Notes: generated by a model not told the origin, from the letters alone. Positions 32,566-47,924 are shown, counted from the first letter of the stretch. The stretch is 64,000 bases of DNA from the human T2T-CHM13v2.0 reference genome, Homo sapiens (GCF_009914755.1 NC_060944.1); one strand, 5' to 3'. Made by a program: numbers and translations.

Positions 32566-33599
32566 TAGGAAAAAAGTACTAGATGTGATTTTTAAGTTAA
32601 TAACAACTTAGAACAGAAAATCCAAACACTGCCCCAGTGTCTGGCCCAGTTCCAGCTCAATGCTGCATTCTGCATCTGTTTATTGTAAGATGTGAATGCC
32701 CCATCCAACTTTCTTGGCAGATGTATCCTTTTTTACACTTTTTTAAAAACTGAAAGATGATTTCTTCATTTCTTATTCAGTTTTGAAAGGGAGGCACAGT
32801 CAATGATCTCGCACATATTCCAGAAACTGACTTCCTTAGACCTTAACAGAAGCTACTCAAGTGCACAGATGTTTGCTGGTTTTACATGGAGGCCTTGCTG
32901 GCTATGAAAAAACATTCCCCTCTAATTTTTTGCTCAATTTGTTTTAAGTTGGTAATGAAATCTGTGAATCTGTGTTCCCTTTCTACAGGAAAAATAGAAT
33001 TTTGATCTCTTTTAAAAATCAGAACGCAACAGGATAATGGAGAAATCAGTCTCAATAGCACATTTCTTGTTCGTTTCAGAGCGGTGATGTAAACACGATG
33101 ATGCTATGCTTTTGGGGTCTTTGAGGTTTCTGCCAAAAGCATAGCAGCTTAGGTGGATTCGTGCCTACCGCATGCTTCTTTGGTGGATTTCTGTCGACAA
33201 ATTGTATGTCTGCTCTTCTGAAATAGCATCATGAAGTTGTTAATGTCTTTGCATAAAGACCACCCCATTCTGTTTGCCCTGGGGACAAAGACTTTGCACT
33301 AATCACCTTGCTCTCTCCTGGAGCGAAGAGCTGAAGAGGCAACAGGAAATGCTTATTTACTGAGTTCTTACTGGGTACCAACTGTGGACACCCACAGAAG
33401 GGGTTTGAGTAAGTATCTCCTCATTGTCCAGGGGCCAGAGTAGAGAACAGAAAGGAAACAGCTTGGCCTCTGGTTCCACAAAATAAATAAGAATAAAATA
33501 GAACATTGAACATTTGTGTTTCTTTCACCATCTTAATGTATGCACTTTGTAGATTCTGCATTCAAACATGTAGAACAGGCTAATGAAAGAAAATGCCAA

Positions 33600-33925
<326 letters not shown>

Positions 33926-33986
33926 TCACCACCCAGAGACAAAATCATTCACTTTTGGAGAGCATTCTTCCAAATCTCGCTCTCTT

Positions 33987-34208
33987 CCAATGGTTCTCAG
34001 CTGAGGACAATTTTGGCCGCCTGCGTACATTTGGCAATGTATGGAAACATATTTGGTTGTCACACACTAGGAAGGGGTGTTCCTGGCATTTAGTGGGTAG
34101 AGGCTGAGGATGCCACTAAGCATCCCACACTGCAAAGGACAGCCCCTCTCTCCACCACAAAGAATTATCCAGCTCAAATGCCAGTGGTGCTGAGGCCAAG
34201 AAACCCTG
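33987..34208 (-). mobile_element. MER20
   Basis: 'catttggcaatgtatggaaacatatttggttgtcaca...ctggcatttagtgggtagagg'. Confidence 0.8.
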
Positions 34209-34812
34209 CTATAGACATATGGATGTGTAGCTCTGTGATAATTACATAATCAAGTTCATACTATGCCAGCTGCTCATCATCCTGCAAGAAAACATGTATC
34301 GCTTGTCTGCTATGGTCAAGCACTGCCTGTTCCTTAGAGAGGGCCTCATTTAATTTTTACCAGAACTCTCCAAGAGGAGGAATTAGTACAGATGTTACGA
34401 AGAGACTGAGGTTCAGAGAGGTGAAGCGCCTTGACCAAGGTTGCACAGCCATTAGTTGTGGTGCTAAGACCCCAGTCCAGGTATGAGGGATTCCAAACTG
34501 CCTTTCCTACCGTCTGTCCATTTGCTCCCTTTCACCGCAGGACCCAGTTTACAAGGGGCAATTAGAAACCTAAGAGTAAGGCCCTTGAGCTCCCCTTTCA
34601 GAACCTGAGGGAAGCATTATTTAAATCTTCTCCATTTTTACATTTGTCATATTTTATCTGTGAAGAATACCTTCAACTTCCTCACTAATCACTTTTCTGT
34701 CCATTGCTCATTGTTTTCCTACCGTTTAACTATACATATGTGTATGCTATACTATACTCATAACTATTATATCTTGGTTGTAGGTTAAACCCTCCATTAG
34801 TTTGTTAAATAA

Positions 34813-35139
<327 letters not shown>

Positions 35140-35538
35140 TGATGGTGTTGTGACTCCTGCCTCCTTTCTGTTTGCATTTGGCTGATATATCTGGAATTAT
35201 TCTGCCTCAATTATATTGTTTCAGGTTTGTGCTTTGCAGTTGGCAGATTGTTGAATTTGGATTGGATTTACCCAACCTGGGAGTCATTTTCTTTCCGTGG
35301 GCATGTCTTTTTTTAAATTTATATTTGCTTCCATAACAGATATCTTTGGTCTTAATTCTACTTTCTTGTTTTATGTTTTATATGCTTCCATTATCTTATT
35401 TCCTAATTTTTCCTACCTTCTGCTCATCTGGCAAACAGAATGTGTTTTGTTCTACTGGTGATTGTTTTTTATCTTTGAATTACAAGGTTTAATTTACACG
35501 TTCAAAGTTTTCAACTTCAAAAATGAAAAAGTAGCTGT

Positions 35539-35897
35539 CAGCCAGACACAATGGCCATCCCTGTAATCCCAGCGCTTTGGGGGACTGAGATGAGAGGATC
35601 ACTTGAGCTCAGGAATATGAGACCAGCCTGGACAACATAGGAAGACCCTGTCTCCAGAAAAAGCAAAAAGCAAAAACTAAAATAAAATAAAGTAAAATAA
35701 ATAAAAGTCCTGGCTCTGTGGCTCACGCCTGTAATCCCAGCTACTAGGGTGGCTGAGGCACAAGAATCATTTGAACCCTGGGAGGGGGAAGTTGCAGTGA
35801 GCTGAAATCATGCCACTGTACTCCAGCCTGGGTGGCAGAGGGAGACCCTGTTACAAAAAAAAAAAAAAAAAAAGAAAGAAAGAAAGAAAAAGAAAAA
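35539..35897 (+). mobile_element. AluJ with expanded middle A-rich linker
   Basis: TSD 'gaaaaagtagctgt'. Confidence 0.88.
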
Positions 35898-36754
35898 GTA
35901 GCTGTTGACTCCGCTTATGGAAGATAAGAAAATTGATTCCATTCCAATTTCTCATTCTGTCTTCACCTCTATCTTCTGGTTTTCAATTATATGCTCTGGG
36001 AATTTTTGTCTCAGTCTTTTAAATTTTGGGGTTATAATGCTATATATATTTTGCTTTAAGAACTATAATAGCTACATTCTTCACATTCTGTTTTATAATT
36101 TTTCCATGGTTATTTATATTTAATTTTATATGTAAATTGTCTCAATGCACACCCCCATACAAGCACTTCCTTTTCCAGTAATGCTAGATAATTTTCTAGT
36201 GAGTTCTTTGTTTTGAGTCATCTCTTAGTTGACTGAAGCATATTTTCAAGTATTTCCTCCCCCACACTCTTTCCCCCACAAGAAGGATATATGGGTGATA
36301 TACTTCCTAAATCCGTGCATATTTGACTCACTTGTAAATATCAACTTTGATGAAATTTTGGATCCTATTCTTTTTCTTTTCATTGTCTTTCTTGCTGCAT
36401 TTTCTTCTGGAATCTAATGTCAGAGTTAAAAACTGAGGCCATCTGATTTTTATTTTCTTTGAAGACAACCTGCTTGTTCTGCCTGAATTTTCATTAGACT
36501 CCCTTTTTCCTTGAAATGTAATGGTTTCATCAGAGTCTATGTCTCACTGCTAGCTTTTTTTCTCTGCTTATAAATTTCCTTGGTAACCCTTTGAGCTGAA
36601 CATTCGTATCTACCTTCACTTCAGGGATGTTTCTTCTATTCATATTTCCTCCTCGAATATTCTCCCTGTTGCATTTGTCCTATTTCTTATCCTCCAAGAA
36701 CACAAATTATTCCCACGTCAATTCCACATTTCCCTCTTCTCTATGTGTGGTCAG

Positions 36755-37420
36755 TGTATCTGTCAGGATCTGGTCAGGAGTCAAAAAACATAACACTTAT
36801 TTTAATAGAAATAATTTAATGTAGATAAGTGGTAACCAGGTACAAAATTGTTAACTCGGTACTGAAAAGACAAAAAGAGAACATTAACATATAATAGAGG
36901 CAACAGCTGCAGAGAGCAACCATTACCCAAAGGGCTGGGAAACAAAGGGAAGAAACTGGCAGTGTTAAAACAGGGCCAGGTACAGTGGCTCACACCTGTA
37001 ATCCCAACACATTGGGAGGTCGAGGCCGGCAGGTTGCTTGAGCTCAGAAATTCTAGACCAGTCTGGCCAATATGGCAAAAAGCCCATCCCTACAAAAAAT
37101 ACAAAAATAGCCAGGCATGATGGTGCACGCCTGTAGTCCCAGCTACTCAGAAGGCTGAGATGGGAGGATCAATTGAGCCCAGGAGGTCAAGGCTGCAGTG
37201 AGCCGTGATAGCACCACTGCACTCCAGTCTGGGCAACAGAGTAACATCCTGTCTTTAAACTAATAATATAAATACATACATACATACATACAAACTTAGA
37301 AGATTAGAAGGGCTCTGCAAAGCTGAAAATCAGACCTCTGAGTAGGGGGCCAGTGCTTAGCTGTGCTGGTGTCTGAGCTCAAAAGTGAGAGCCCATGAAG
37401 CTGAGACCAGGATTTACTGG
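36755..37420. mobile_element. Old LTR (LTR78-like) interrupted by Alu
   Basis: Start 'tgtatctgtcaggatctggtcaggag...aatttaat'; family assignment tentative. Confidence 0.4.
36974..37292 (+). mobile_element. AluJ with (TACA)n tail
   Basis: 'gagcccaggaggtcaaggctgcagtgagc'. Confidence 0.9.
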
Positions 37421-37504
37421 CCTTGTACTCCAAGCGAAGCATTTCACACATCCCCTTGCCAAGGCCTGGAACAATGACAGGTTTTATGCAAACATACTTT
37501 TAGG

Positions 37505-37685
37505 CGAGCTGTTTTCAATCTTGCCTACACATTGGAATCACATGAAAAATTGTTTAAAATACTGATGCCTGGATACCACCTTTTGAGAGTCTCAGTAAAT
37601 TGGTCTGGGGTGCTGTCTGAGCATTTCAAGTTTTTAAAGCTCCCCAGGTGATGCTAATGTGTAGCCAAGGTTGGCGGCCATTGGC
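37505..37685. mobile_element. MER5B-like
   Basis: 'cattggaatcac...tttttaaagctccccaggtgatgctaatgtgtagccaaggttg'. Confidence 0.75.
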
Positions 37686-37857
37686 CTAGAATTACCTCTG
37701 CATAGGACCTGTTACCACTGCTGAGAACAAGGAATAGGTCAATGTCTACCTTGGTTTTATATTATATTCACCTGAGAAAAATTGTTTTAACTGGTGACGG
37801 CCCTCCTTTCCCCTAGAAGTCCTGATTTAATTCACTGGAGTTGGGGTCAACATTGAG

Positions 37858-38222
37858 ATTTTTTATTTCCACAGGTTTTTGGGGAACAGGTGGTATTTGG
37901 GTACATGAGCAAGTTCTTTAGCGGTGATTTGTGAAATTTTGGTGCACCCGTCACCCAAACAGTATACACTGAACCCAATGTGTAGTCTTTTATTCCTACC
38001 CCCTTCCACCCTTCCTCCCAAGTCCCCAAAGTCCATTGTATCATTCTTACGCCTTTGCATCCTCATAGCTTAGCTCCCACTTATGAGTGAGAACATACAA
38101 TGTTTGGTTTTCCATTCCTGAGTTACTTCACTTAGAGTAATAGTCTCCAGTTCCGTGCAGATTGCTGCGAATGCCATTAATTCGTTCCTTTTTATGACTG
38201 AGTAGTATTCCATCATGTATAT
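37858..38222 (-). mobile_element. L1PB-type 3' end
   Basis: 'ggtttttggggaacaggtggtatttgg...ctcccacttatgagtgagaacat'. Confidence 0.85.
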
Positions 38223-38602
38223 ATAGAGAGAGAGAGCACGGATTTTTAAATCCCAGGGGATTCTAATGTGCAGCCAGGGTTTAGGTAAAGGAAAGACCCA
38301 TAATGCCTATGTCCCGCATCAGTGAGTTTTGATAAGTGAATCCTAGACATCATAAAGAAGCAAAATGTCCAAGCATTATGTCAACATCAAGAAGACTAGG
38401 ATGGTGGGAGAAGTCTAACAATTAGAACACTTTAACAGGGATCTCTTCACCATGAGAGTCAGAAATAGAAACCCAGAAGGCCTCTCCTCTCTCTCTCCCC
38501 CACTCCGACTTCTCTTTCTCTGTCTTCTATCTCTCCTATCACACACACACACACACACATTCATTTGTTCTACAGTCGAAAGAACAGCATTAGAAGAAAG
38601 TT

Positions 38603-38742
38603 GTCCAGGTGCAGTGTCTCACGCCTATAATCCTAGCAGTTTGGGAGGCAGAGGCGGGAGGGTCACTTGAGCTCAGGAGTTCGAGACCTGACTGGGCAAC
38701 ATAGTGAGACCTCATCTCTAATAAAAAAAAAATAAAAATAAA
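38603..38742 (+). mobile_element. FLAM / Alu monomer
   Basis: Single arm plus A tail. Confidence 0.85.
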
Positions 38743-38825
38743 AGTTATGAGTATGAGCTGAATAGATAAATTTCCATTTCCTTTGGTATAACTGTGGGGT
38801 AGCTTTGGGCCTTATTGTCCTAGGG

Positions 38826-39495
<670 letters not shown>

Positions 39496-39979
39496 TCACC
39501 ATGAGAACATCTTTCCTTAATAACCTAGGAGGTTTGTATGTAGTCAGACTCTTGTGCCCTTTGTCCCTTTGCTTGCCTGTGAGAACTAATACCACCTTTG
39601 TGCCTTTTTCTTCAGCATGCTAAGAACTATTTTTGTCTAATCCCACTTCATCCTCTCAAATTGGTGCAACTTCTCCTCGGATTTTGACAATGGATCTTCC
39701 AGTGGTCTTCGCTTTGCCTACTGTTGTGACTTTTTTTTTTCCTGTAGTATACCTTCACTAATGCCTCCTGAGGTCTGTTGCATTAGCTTTTTGGATATCC
39801 ACATCAAACTACAGACACTGATTAAACTCACAGTAAACTAAACCTCCTGATTCATTTTCCATGAGTAATACTAAGTCATATCTTCTTCCATCTTTTATCT
39901 AAGCTGCTGATATTTTGGACCCAAGTATACAACCTCACAACATCTTGCAATATTTTAGCATGTCATTGGTAAAATATCA

Positions 39980-40438
39980 TCAGTTATCTATTGTTGTGTA
40001 ACAAAACATCCCAAAACTTTAAATAACAATCATTTATTTGTTCATGATTCTGCAGTTTGGGCTGGGCCCATCCAGGCAGCTCTTCTGCTGGTCCTGGATG
40101 ACTCATGGAGTGGTAGTCATCTTGTAGCTCAGCTAGAGCTGAAGGGTCTCAGATGACCTCACTCACATGCCTGTGGCCTTGGTGCTAGCTGTTGGCTGGG
40201 ATTTCTTTCCACATGGACTCACATACTCTAATAGTCTAGCCCAGGCTTTCTTACATGGGAGTGTGAGCACGCCAAGAGGGTAAAGATGGCTCTGGAAATA
40301 GCACAACTTCACTGCTGCCGCATACTGTTGAACAAAACAAGTCGTAAGGCCAGCCTGGATTCTAGGAGTGGGGTAATAGAATCCACCTCTTGATGTAAAA
40401 ATGTACAAATATCTCATGGCCATATGTAAACTACCACA
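39980..40438 (-). mobile_element. Old MaLR MLT1 (H/I/J-type) LTR
   Basis: 'cagttatctattgttgtgtaacaaaacatcccaaaac...catgattctgcagtttgggctggg'. Confidence 0.7.
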
Positions 40439-41707
40439 TCTTCCCTGTCTCGTTTCTCCACTTTCTGACTGGTTCTTTCTGGGATCACCCCCCAGATAAA
40501 CTACTTATACACAAATCCTTTTCTCAGGATCTTTGAAGGTCACTCTACCAAAGAAACTCAGGCTCAGAGCTTGGTCCAGAAACTTCATCTCTTCTCATTC
40601 CATTCTTGCCTTAGCAATCTCACCCATTCAAATGTATACACCAAAAACTTCCAAATTTCTACCTCTGGCCTCACTCAGACAGAATATCCAACTCTTCTCA
40701 CAAGCCCACTGGAGGCCTTCCAGGTATCTCAAATTTAATATGCCAGATTGAAGTCTTGATTTGCAATACCCCGCCAACTTCCTCTGCCAGCCATCCCCAT
40801 CTCACCTCCATATGCCTAATTGGCACTCCAATGGCCCCTCCATGACATTCCAAAAACTTCTCCATATCCCACCAATCCTCATGTCCCAATGATTATTCTT
40901 CCAAATACTTCTCAAATTCCTTTTCTCATCACAACTGCCACCACTGCGGTCCAAACCACCCCCATCTCTCTACTAACTGATCTCTCTGCTTTTTATCTTG
41001 TTCCCCCACTCCAACAGCAGCTTAGAAATCAAGGACAACAGCCAAATATTCAGCCAAGGAAAGCTCTTGCCTGGTCCATTTCTGCAGGACCTTCTACATT
41101 TTCTACCTCAATCAGCTAGTCACTGTGAGAACTACTGTAAATTAACAATATATTGTAGATCAGGACTAATTGCAATAAATATGTTATTATAATTCTCAAA
41201 TAAAATGTTGGCTTCCATTAACCAAGTGTGAAAATTTTGATTATGGTGTTTTGCACATATGTCCATAGTTACTATCACCAATTAGCAAGCTAATGCCCCA
41301 AACACCCTCATTAGTGCATTCATTTATGACATATCAACAAAAATAAAAAGCTATGATGCTGTGACTTTATTTTTCTAAATTCCATTAAGGACAAGGAAAA
41401 AAATCATAGTACTATTTATGCAAGGTTGTAGAAGCAATCATTACACATTACAATATAAAACCCAACCACATTTTCAAAGTGTTTGCCGAGTGTACAATTC
41501 CATAAAAGAGAAGTGCCTTGCATAGAAACACCGCCATGCCTTGGATATTGCTGGTACTTAATAAACGTCCTTTGACTAAAGTTGTTGCATGTTAGAGCTG
41601 CAAAGTTTTTTGGGACTAATTCTGCACAATTATGAGGCTTAGAAGAGTGCAATGACTTTGCTAGGGCATCACAGCTTGGAAGTAAAGCTAGGACCAGAGA
41701 CTTGCTG

Positions 41708-41947
41708 TAAGCCAGAGTTTGTCAACTTCAGCACTGCTGGATTGGTAACTTTGGTTTGGATAATTCCCTGCTGTAGGGCTGTCCTGTGCATTGCATAACA
41801 TTTAGCATCCCTAGCCTCTCTACCACCAGATGTCAGTAATATCACCCCAACCAATCAAGACAATCAAAAATATCTCCAGACATTGCCAAACGTCCTCTGG
41901 CAGGGGTGGGGAAGAATGCAAGGTACTGCAGAATCCCCCTCAGTTGA
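41708..41947 (+). mobile_element. MER20, end interrupted by THE1
   Basis: 'gggctgtcctgtgcattgc...aaaaatatctccagacattgccaaa'. Confidence 0.85.
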
Positions 41948-42299
41948 TATATTGGTCTGTTTTCATGCTGCTAATAAAGACATACCCAAAACTGGGTAAT
42001 TTATAAAGGAAAGAGGTTTAATTGACTCACGGTTCCACGTGGCTGAGGAGGCCTCCAATCATGGAGAAAGTGAACTTGGAGCAAAGGCCATCTTACCCGG
42101 CAGCAGACAAGAAAACTTGTGTAGGGGAACTCCGATTTATATAATCATCAAATCTCGTAAGACTTACTCACTACCACGAGAACAGTGTGGGGGAAACCAC
42201 GCCATGATTCAATCATCTCCACCTGGCCCTGCCCTTGACACGTGGGGATTATTACAATTCAAGGTGAGATTTGGGTAGAGACACAATCAAACCATGTCA
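41948..42299 (-). mobile_element. MaLR THE1C-like solo LTR
   Basis: 'cccttgacacgtggggattattacaattcaaggtgagatttggg'; 5-bp TSD gttga / gtcga. Confidence 0.88.
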
Positions 42300-42324
42300 G
42301 TCGAGAAATATTGTAAATGTAGAT

Positions 42325-42502
42325 TAGTGGTTCTTAAAATGTGGTCCCCAGACCAGCAGCAGCAGCAGCATCACCTAGAACTTGCTTAAAATGCAGTTGA
42401 TCAGGCCACACTCCAGATCCACTGAATCAAAAACCCTGGGGGTGCGTCCCAGCAATAAGCCCTCCAGGTGATTCTAATGCACAGTCAAGTTTCAGACCCA
42501 GC
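42325..42502. mobile_element. MER5A
   Basis: 'agtggttcttaaaatgtggtccccagaccagcagc'. Confidence 0.8.
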
Positions 42503-42786
42503 AATAAAGATTATCCCTAACCCTTGCAAGGTAATTGCTCATGTTCCAGTTTCATAAATAAGAAAATCAGGCTCAAAGAGGTTACCTGTTTTGCCCAGGT
42601 TCTGATATAGCAATGGCAGAGCTAGGACTTGAAATGGGCTCAGTATAACACCAGAGGCCAGCTCTTTCTGCTCTGCCTTGCCTCCTTGAACACAAGGCAG
42701 CAGGGAAAAGGAAAGCCTGGACTGGACTTCAGGCTGACTCTCTCGTACCACGAGCACCACGAAGACAAAGTCCACAATGCCACAGC

Positions 42787-43220
42787 TGTCAGGCCTCTGA
42801 GCCCAAGCTAAGCCATCATATCCCCTGTGACCTGCACGTATATACGTCCAGATGGCCCGAAGCAAGTGAAGAATCACAAAAGAAGTGAAAATGGCCAGTT
42901 CCTGCCTTAACTGATGACATTCCACCATTGTGATTTGTTCCTGCCCCACCTTAACCGAGCGATTAACGTTGTGAAATTCCTTCTCCTGGCTCAGAAGCTC
43001 CCCTACTGAGCACCTTGTGACCCCCGCCCCTGCCCGCCAGAGAACAGCCCCCTTTGACTAATTTTCCTTTACCCACCCAAATCCTATAAAATGGCCCCAC
43101 CCCTATCTCCCTTCGCTGACTCTGTTTTCGGACTCAGCCCGCCTGCACCCAGGTGATTAAAAAGCTTTATTGCTCACACAAAGCCTGTTTGGTGGTCTCT
43201 TCACACGGACGCGTGTGAAA
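42787..43220 (+). mobile_element. HERV-H LTR7-family solo LTR (LTR7B-like), full length
   Basis: Starts 'tgtcaggcctctgagcccaagctaagccatc' and ends 'ttcacacggacgcgtgtgaaa'; perfect 5-bp TSD ACAGC (42782-42786, 43221-43225); TATAAAA at 43085; ATTAAA at 43156. Confidence 0.95.
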
Positions 43221-45124
43221 ACAGCCGCTTTTGTGGTTGCCGTGGCCCTTTGGGGGTATGAGGTAAGAAAGAGAAGAGTCTGAGCCTAAAGAGGATCATC
43301 AAACCTACTAGATGCTAATGAGGCCAAACTGAGCACGTTAGGGGCAAAGACACTGTGTCTCCAGACCCACTCCCAAATGAGCATCCTGAATGAACCTTTA
43401 CCTACCCAGCTCCCCTCTTTTCTGGGGACCCTCTCTAGGAACCTTCCCCACCATTTACAGTTACTATAGAAGCAACGATTCTGTATCCCATGACCTCATT
43501 CCTCCAGCCACAGCTGTTTGGCTCGTGGTGGCCAAGGGAGCTTGACCTAAGTTGAACCAATTACTCCCTGTCCTGAAATTCTGGACATGGGACAAAGCGA
43601 GAATTGAATCTGTCCCTCCCTATGAGGGTTGAAACTGAGATTTCATGCTCCAGAGCTATTGGTCGCAATGTTGTTCTACCACTTCCATGCAAGTTTCTTT
43701 CACTTACAACCCAAAGAGATCTGACTCAAACAAGAAAACGTCCCTTTCACTATTACAGCCACCCAAGGGTAAGAATAACATTTCACAACATGCAGGAGAC
43801 AAGGGGGAAATAAACCATGCAAGCTTCACCCTCAACTCAGAGAGGTGTGTTCTGGAAAGTTCCTGCCCACCTCGTCCATGACCTGTGGCCTCTGAAGATA
43901 GTGCTAGTCTCCTTGAAAACCAGAGCCATATGGGATCCCTTGGCCCCAGAAGTTATCACTAGAATCTCCCCACCATGCCTCAAGCTGATGGCAAGATTCC
44001 ACATGGGAAGGAGGAAGGGAAAACATTGTGAGTCAAGGGACTGCAAGTTACTAAAGGTTGGAGATATGTTTAAGAGACAAAGAAATGCGGGTATTTTGGA
44101 GGAAAGAGTGAAGAAATACTTGAAAAGCTGTGACTCCAGACTCCCCCCACCGCTTCCAAATTAACCCCCACCATATTCACCACTGAATCCACGACAATGA
44201 AAAGTGCCTGAGGCAAAGACAGCATACATGCTCTTTTGCTAGGTGAAGAGAGGGAGGGATAAATGTTCAATGAGAGCCTTGTGTTTCTCTAAAGGCAGAG
44301 AACTAGGAGCATCTGGCTGAGGTGAGGGGCGAGGACTTGGGGTGAACCTGGCAACACCTTTTGGCTGGCAGATCACAGGTAGGTGGGGAAAGTTACCTCA
44401 AGGAGTGTAGAAAGTAAACCAACCAGGGAGAGAAAAGCCTGCCTGGAAACTGACCAGCTATGTAATTCTGAGCTACTCCCTTCACATCTCTGAGCCTCAG
44501 TTTCCCCATCTACACAAATATAGCGCTGTCCTAGCTCTCCCTCTCTCTGGTCCCTTTCTTCTCCCAAGTCTGAGAAAATTTCATGGGGTGGGGGTGTCCC
44601 CAAACTGTTAAAGCAGAGCCGTATTCCAAGTCCTTGGCAGAGGGGGTCTCACTGTCCATCTGCTGGTTCTCCATGCAGAGAGACACCAGAATGGGTGGGT
44701 ATTTGGGAGGTCTCCAACTTCTCTGAGAACATCACTGCAGATGCTCCTGAAAAGGGTGAGACGTGGGCCTTTTGGCGAGTGAGAAGTTTGGAGTACTGCC
44801 AGTCAGTCCCGTCTGTCCCCATGCTCACCAGACAGGCACCATCCCCCAGTGCAAAGCACCAAGAATTCCCCATGGGGGTGGGGAGGAGGCATCAGGTGGA
44901 GCCCCTTCCCCCACTCCCCCGCCCAGGTATCAAAAGATGAATTCCAGGAACTGCCGGGATGGTGATGATGGAAATTACGCAACTCTCCCACGGAGACACA
45001 CACGGCCACATTTAGGGGCATCCTTTTGTCCCAGTTTAGTCCACTTCTGCTCCTCGTTGCCCTGGGCAGTCAAGTCTCTTTTACAAAGATGTTTCTCAAG
45101 CCCCAGGTAATGTAGATACAAATA

Positions 45125-45377
45125 CAGTCATGTGTCACTTAATGATGGGGATAGGTTATGAGAAATGTGTTAGGCAATTTCGTTGTTGTGTAAACATCAG
45201 AGAATGTATTTATGCAACCCTAGATAGTATAGTCTCCTATGCACCTAAGCTATATGCTATAGCCTGTTGCTCCCAGGCTACAAACTGTTCGGCATGTTAC
45301 TGTCCTGACGACTATAGGCAATGGCAACACTGTGGGGAGTATTTGTGTATCTAAACATTTTTAACCAAGATGACTGG
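45125..45377 (+). mobile_element. Tigger3 (Golem/MER7)-like deleted element
   Basis: 'cagtcatgtgtcacttaatgatggggata...gagaaatg'; ends 'gatgactg'. Confidence 0.75.
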
Positions 45378-45390
45378 GTGCAAATTACTA

Positions 45391-45775
<385 letters not shown>

Positions 45776-45952
45776 TCACAACAACCCTATGCAGGAGGTA
45801 GTCTATCCCCTATCGAATACTGATGAGTAAACTGAAGTTCAGAAAGGCAGGACTCAGAGACTGGGACTAGCAAGACTAGAGCCAGAGTGCAAGCAGGTGT
45901 GCGCTGGTGTGTCCAGCATGGGAGATTCTCTGGTATTAAAATCTAGGCTCAG

Positions 45953-46443
<491 letters not shown>

Positions 46444-46740
46444 CTACTTCCCGGCATAGCCCAGATCTTAAAACCAAAGAATCTCCCACACTGGACACAC
46501 CAGTTCCTCACCTGCTGGCACTCCAGCTGCGGCCTCACTAGCCCCAGTCCTTAAAGAGCTGCCACACCCCTGCTCCTGCCACATCCTTTCCTCTCCCTAG
46601 AATGTTTCAGGCTCTGCTCATGGTCCCTCCTCCATGAAGACTTCCTGAGCCTCCCAGGCCCCTAAGAGAGAATTAACCCCTCTCTCCTTCACTCCACCCC
46701 TGCTGGCTCTAGATGCATCCATCACAGGAAACGTTCCCAA

Positions 46741-46935
46741 TATTTTTATTTTTTCAATTTTATTTTAGATTCAGGGGATGCATGGGCAGGTTTGTTAGAA
46801 GGGTATGTTGCATGACATTAAAGAAAATGTGGTACATATACACCATGGAATACTACACAGCCATAAAAAAGAACGGATTCGCGTCCTTTGCAGCAACATG
46901 GATGTAGCCAGAGGCCATTATCATAAGCAAACTAA
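46741..46935. mobile_element. Short L1 insertion with 5' inversion
   Basis: Minus-strand L1 tail (46741-~46819) fused to a plus-strand L1 segment; TSD cccaatatt / cccactatt. Confidence 0.75.
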
Positions 46936-47298
46936 CCCACTATTATTTATATACCCATTGCAGCCTTGTGGCTTCCAGTCTTCTGGGAAATATAGGCCAG
47001 GCCTTACCCATTTCTGTATGCCCAGGATCCAACACCGTGCCAGGCACACAAAGACTCTCAGTAAATAATGAGTGAATAACCAAGTAAACTAAAACCTCAC
47101 CCAAAATCCAATCTCGAGCTACCCAAGACAGCAAGTTCATGGGGCAGGAATGCCTGGCACATGACACACGCTTTCTCAATACAAACTTACATCATGAATA
47201 AAATAAATGAATGATAGCATAGCTGAGGATTTACACCCTTATTTCTAGTAACTCTCATTGTAGGTGACACAAAGGATTGGGTCCAGATACAATCTTAA

Positions 47299-47683
47299 TG
47301 TATTAGTTCGTTCTCACACTGCTACAAAAAAACTACCTGAGACTGGGTAATGTAAGAAGAAAAGAAGTTTAATTGACTTGCAGCCCCACAGGCTGTACAG
47401 GAAGCATGGCTAGGAGGCCTCAGGAAACTTACAATCATGGCAGAAGGCAAAGGGGAAGCAAGCACCTCTTACCACAACAGAGCAAGACTGAGAGAGAGAG
47501 CAAATGGGGAAGTGCCACACGTTTTTAAGCAACCAGATTTTGTCAGAATTCACCATCATGAGAACAGCAAGGGGGACATGCGCCCCCGTGATTCAATCAC
47601 TTCCCACCAGGTCCCTCCTCCAACGTATGGGGATTACAGTTCAACCTGAGATTTGTGTGAGGACACAGAGCCAAACCCTATCA
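47299..47683 (-). mobile_element. MaLR MSTA-like solo LTR
   Basis: 'tgtattagttcgttctcacactgcta...gccaaaccctatca'; TSD cttaa / cttag. Confidence 0.88.
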
Positions 47684-47924
47684 CTTAGGTTTGGAAAGGG
47701 AAACATCAGACTTGCTAGTTGAAAAGCAACTTTGTAAACCTTAAGCCATTATTCAGGGACAGTAAACCTTCAAAACACAATAAGAAAATAAGTCTTCAAT
47801 GCAAAACTTTAACAATTTAAAGATGTTAGTCGTTCTGCATTGCAAACAGGATTAACTAAACTCTGGGGGTAAGGAGGGTCATAAGATCCCCAAAATAAAA
47901 TTTTAATATGGTATATGAAGCCTT

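Noticed and set aside
33084-33221. C/D box snoRNA (GTGATGT...CTGA)
   Set aside because: Box C is imperfect and there is no convincing terminal stem directly flanking the boxes.
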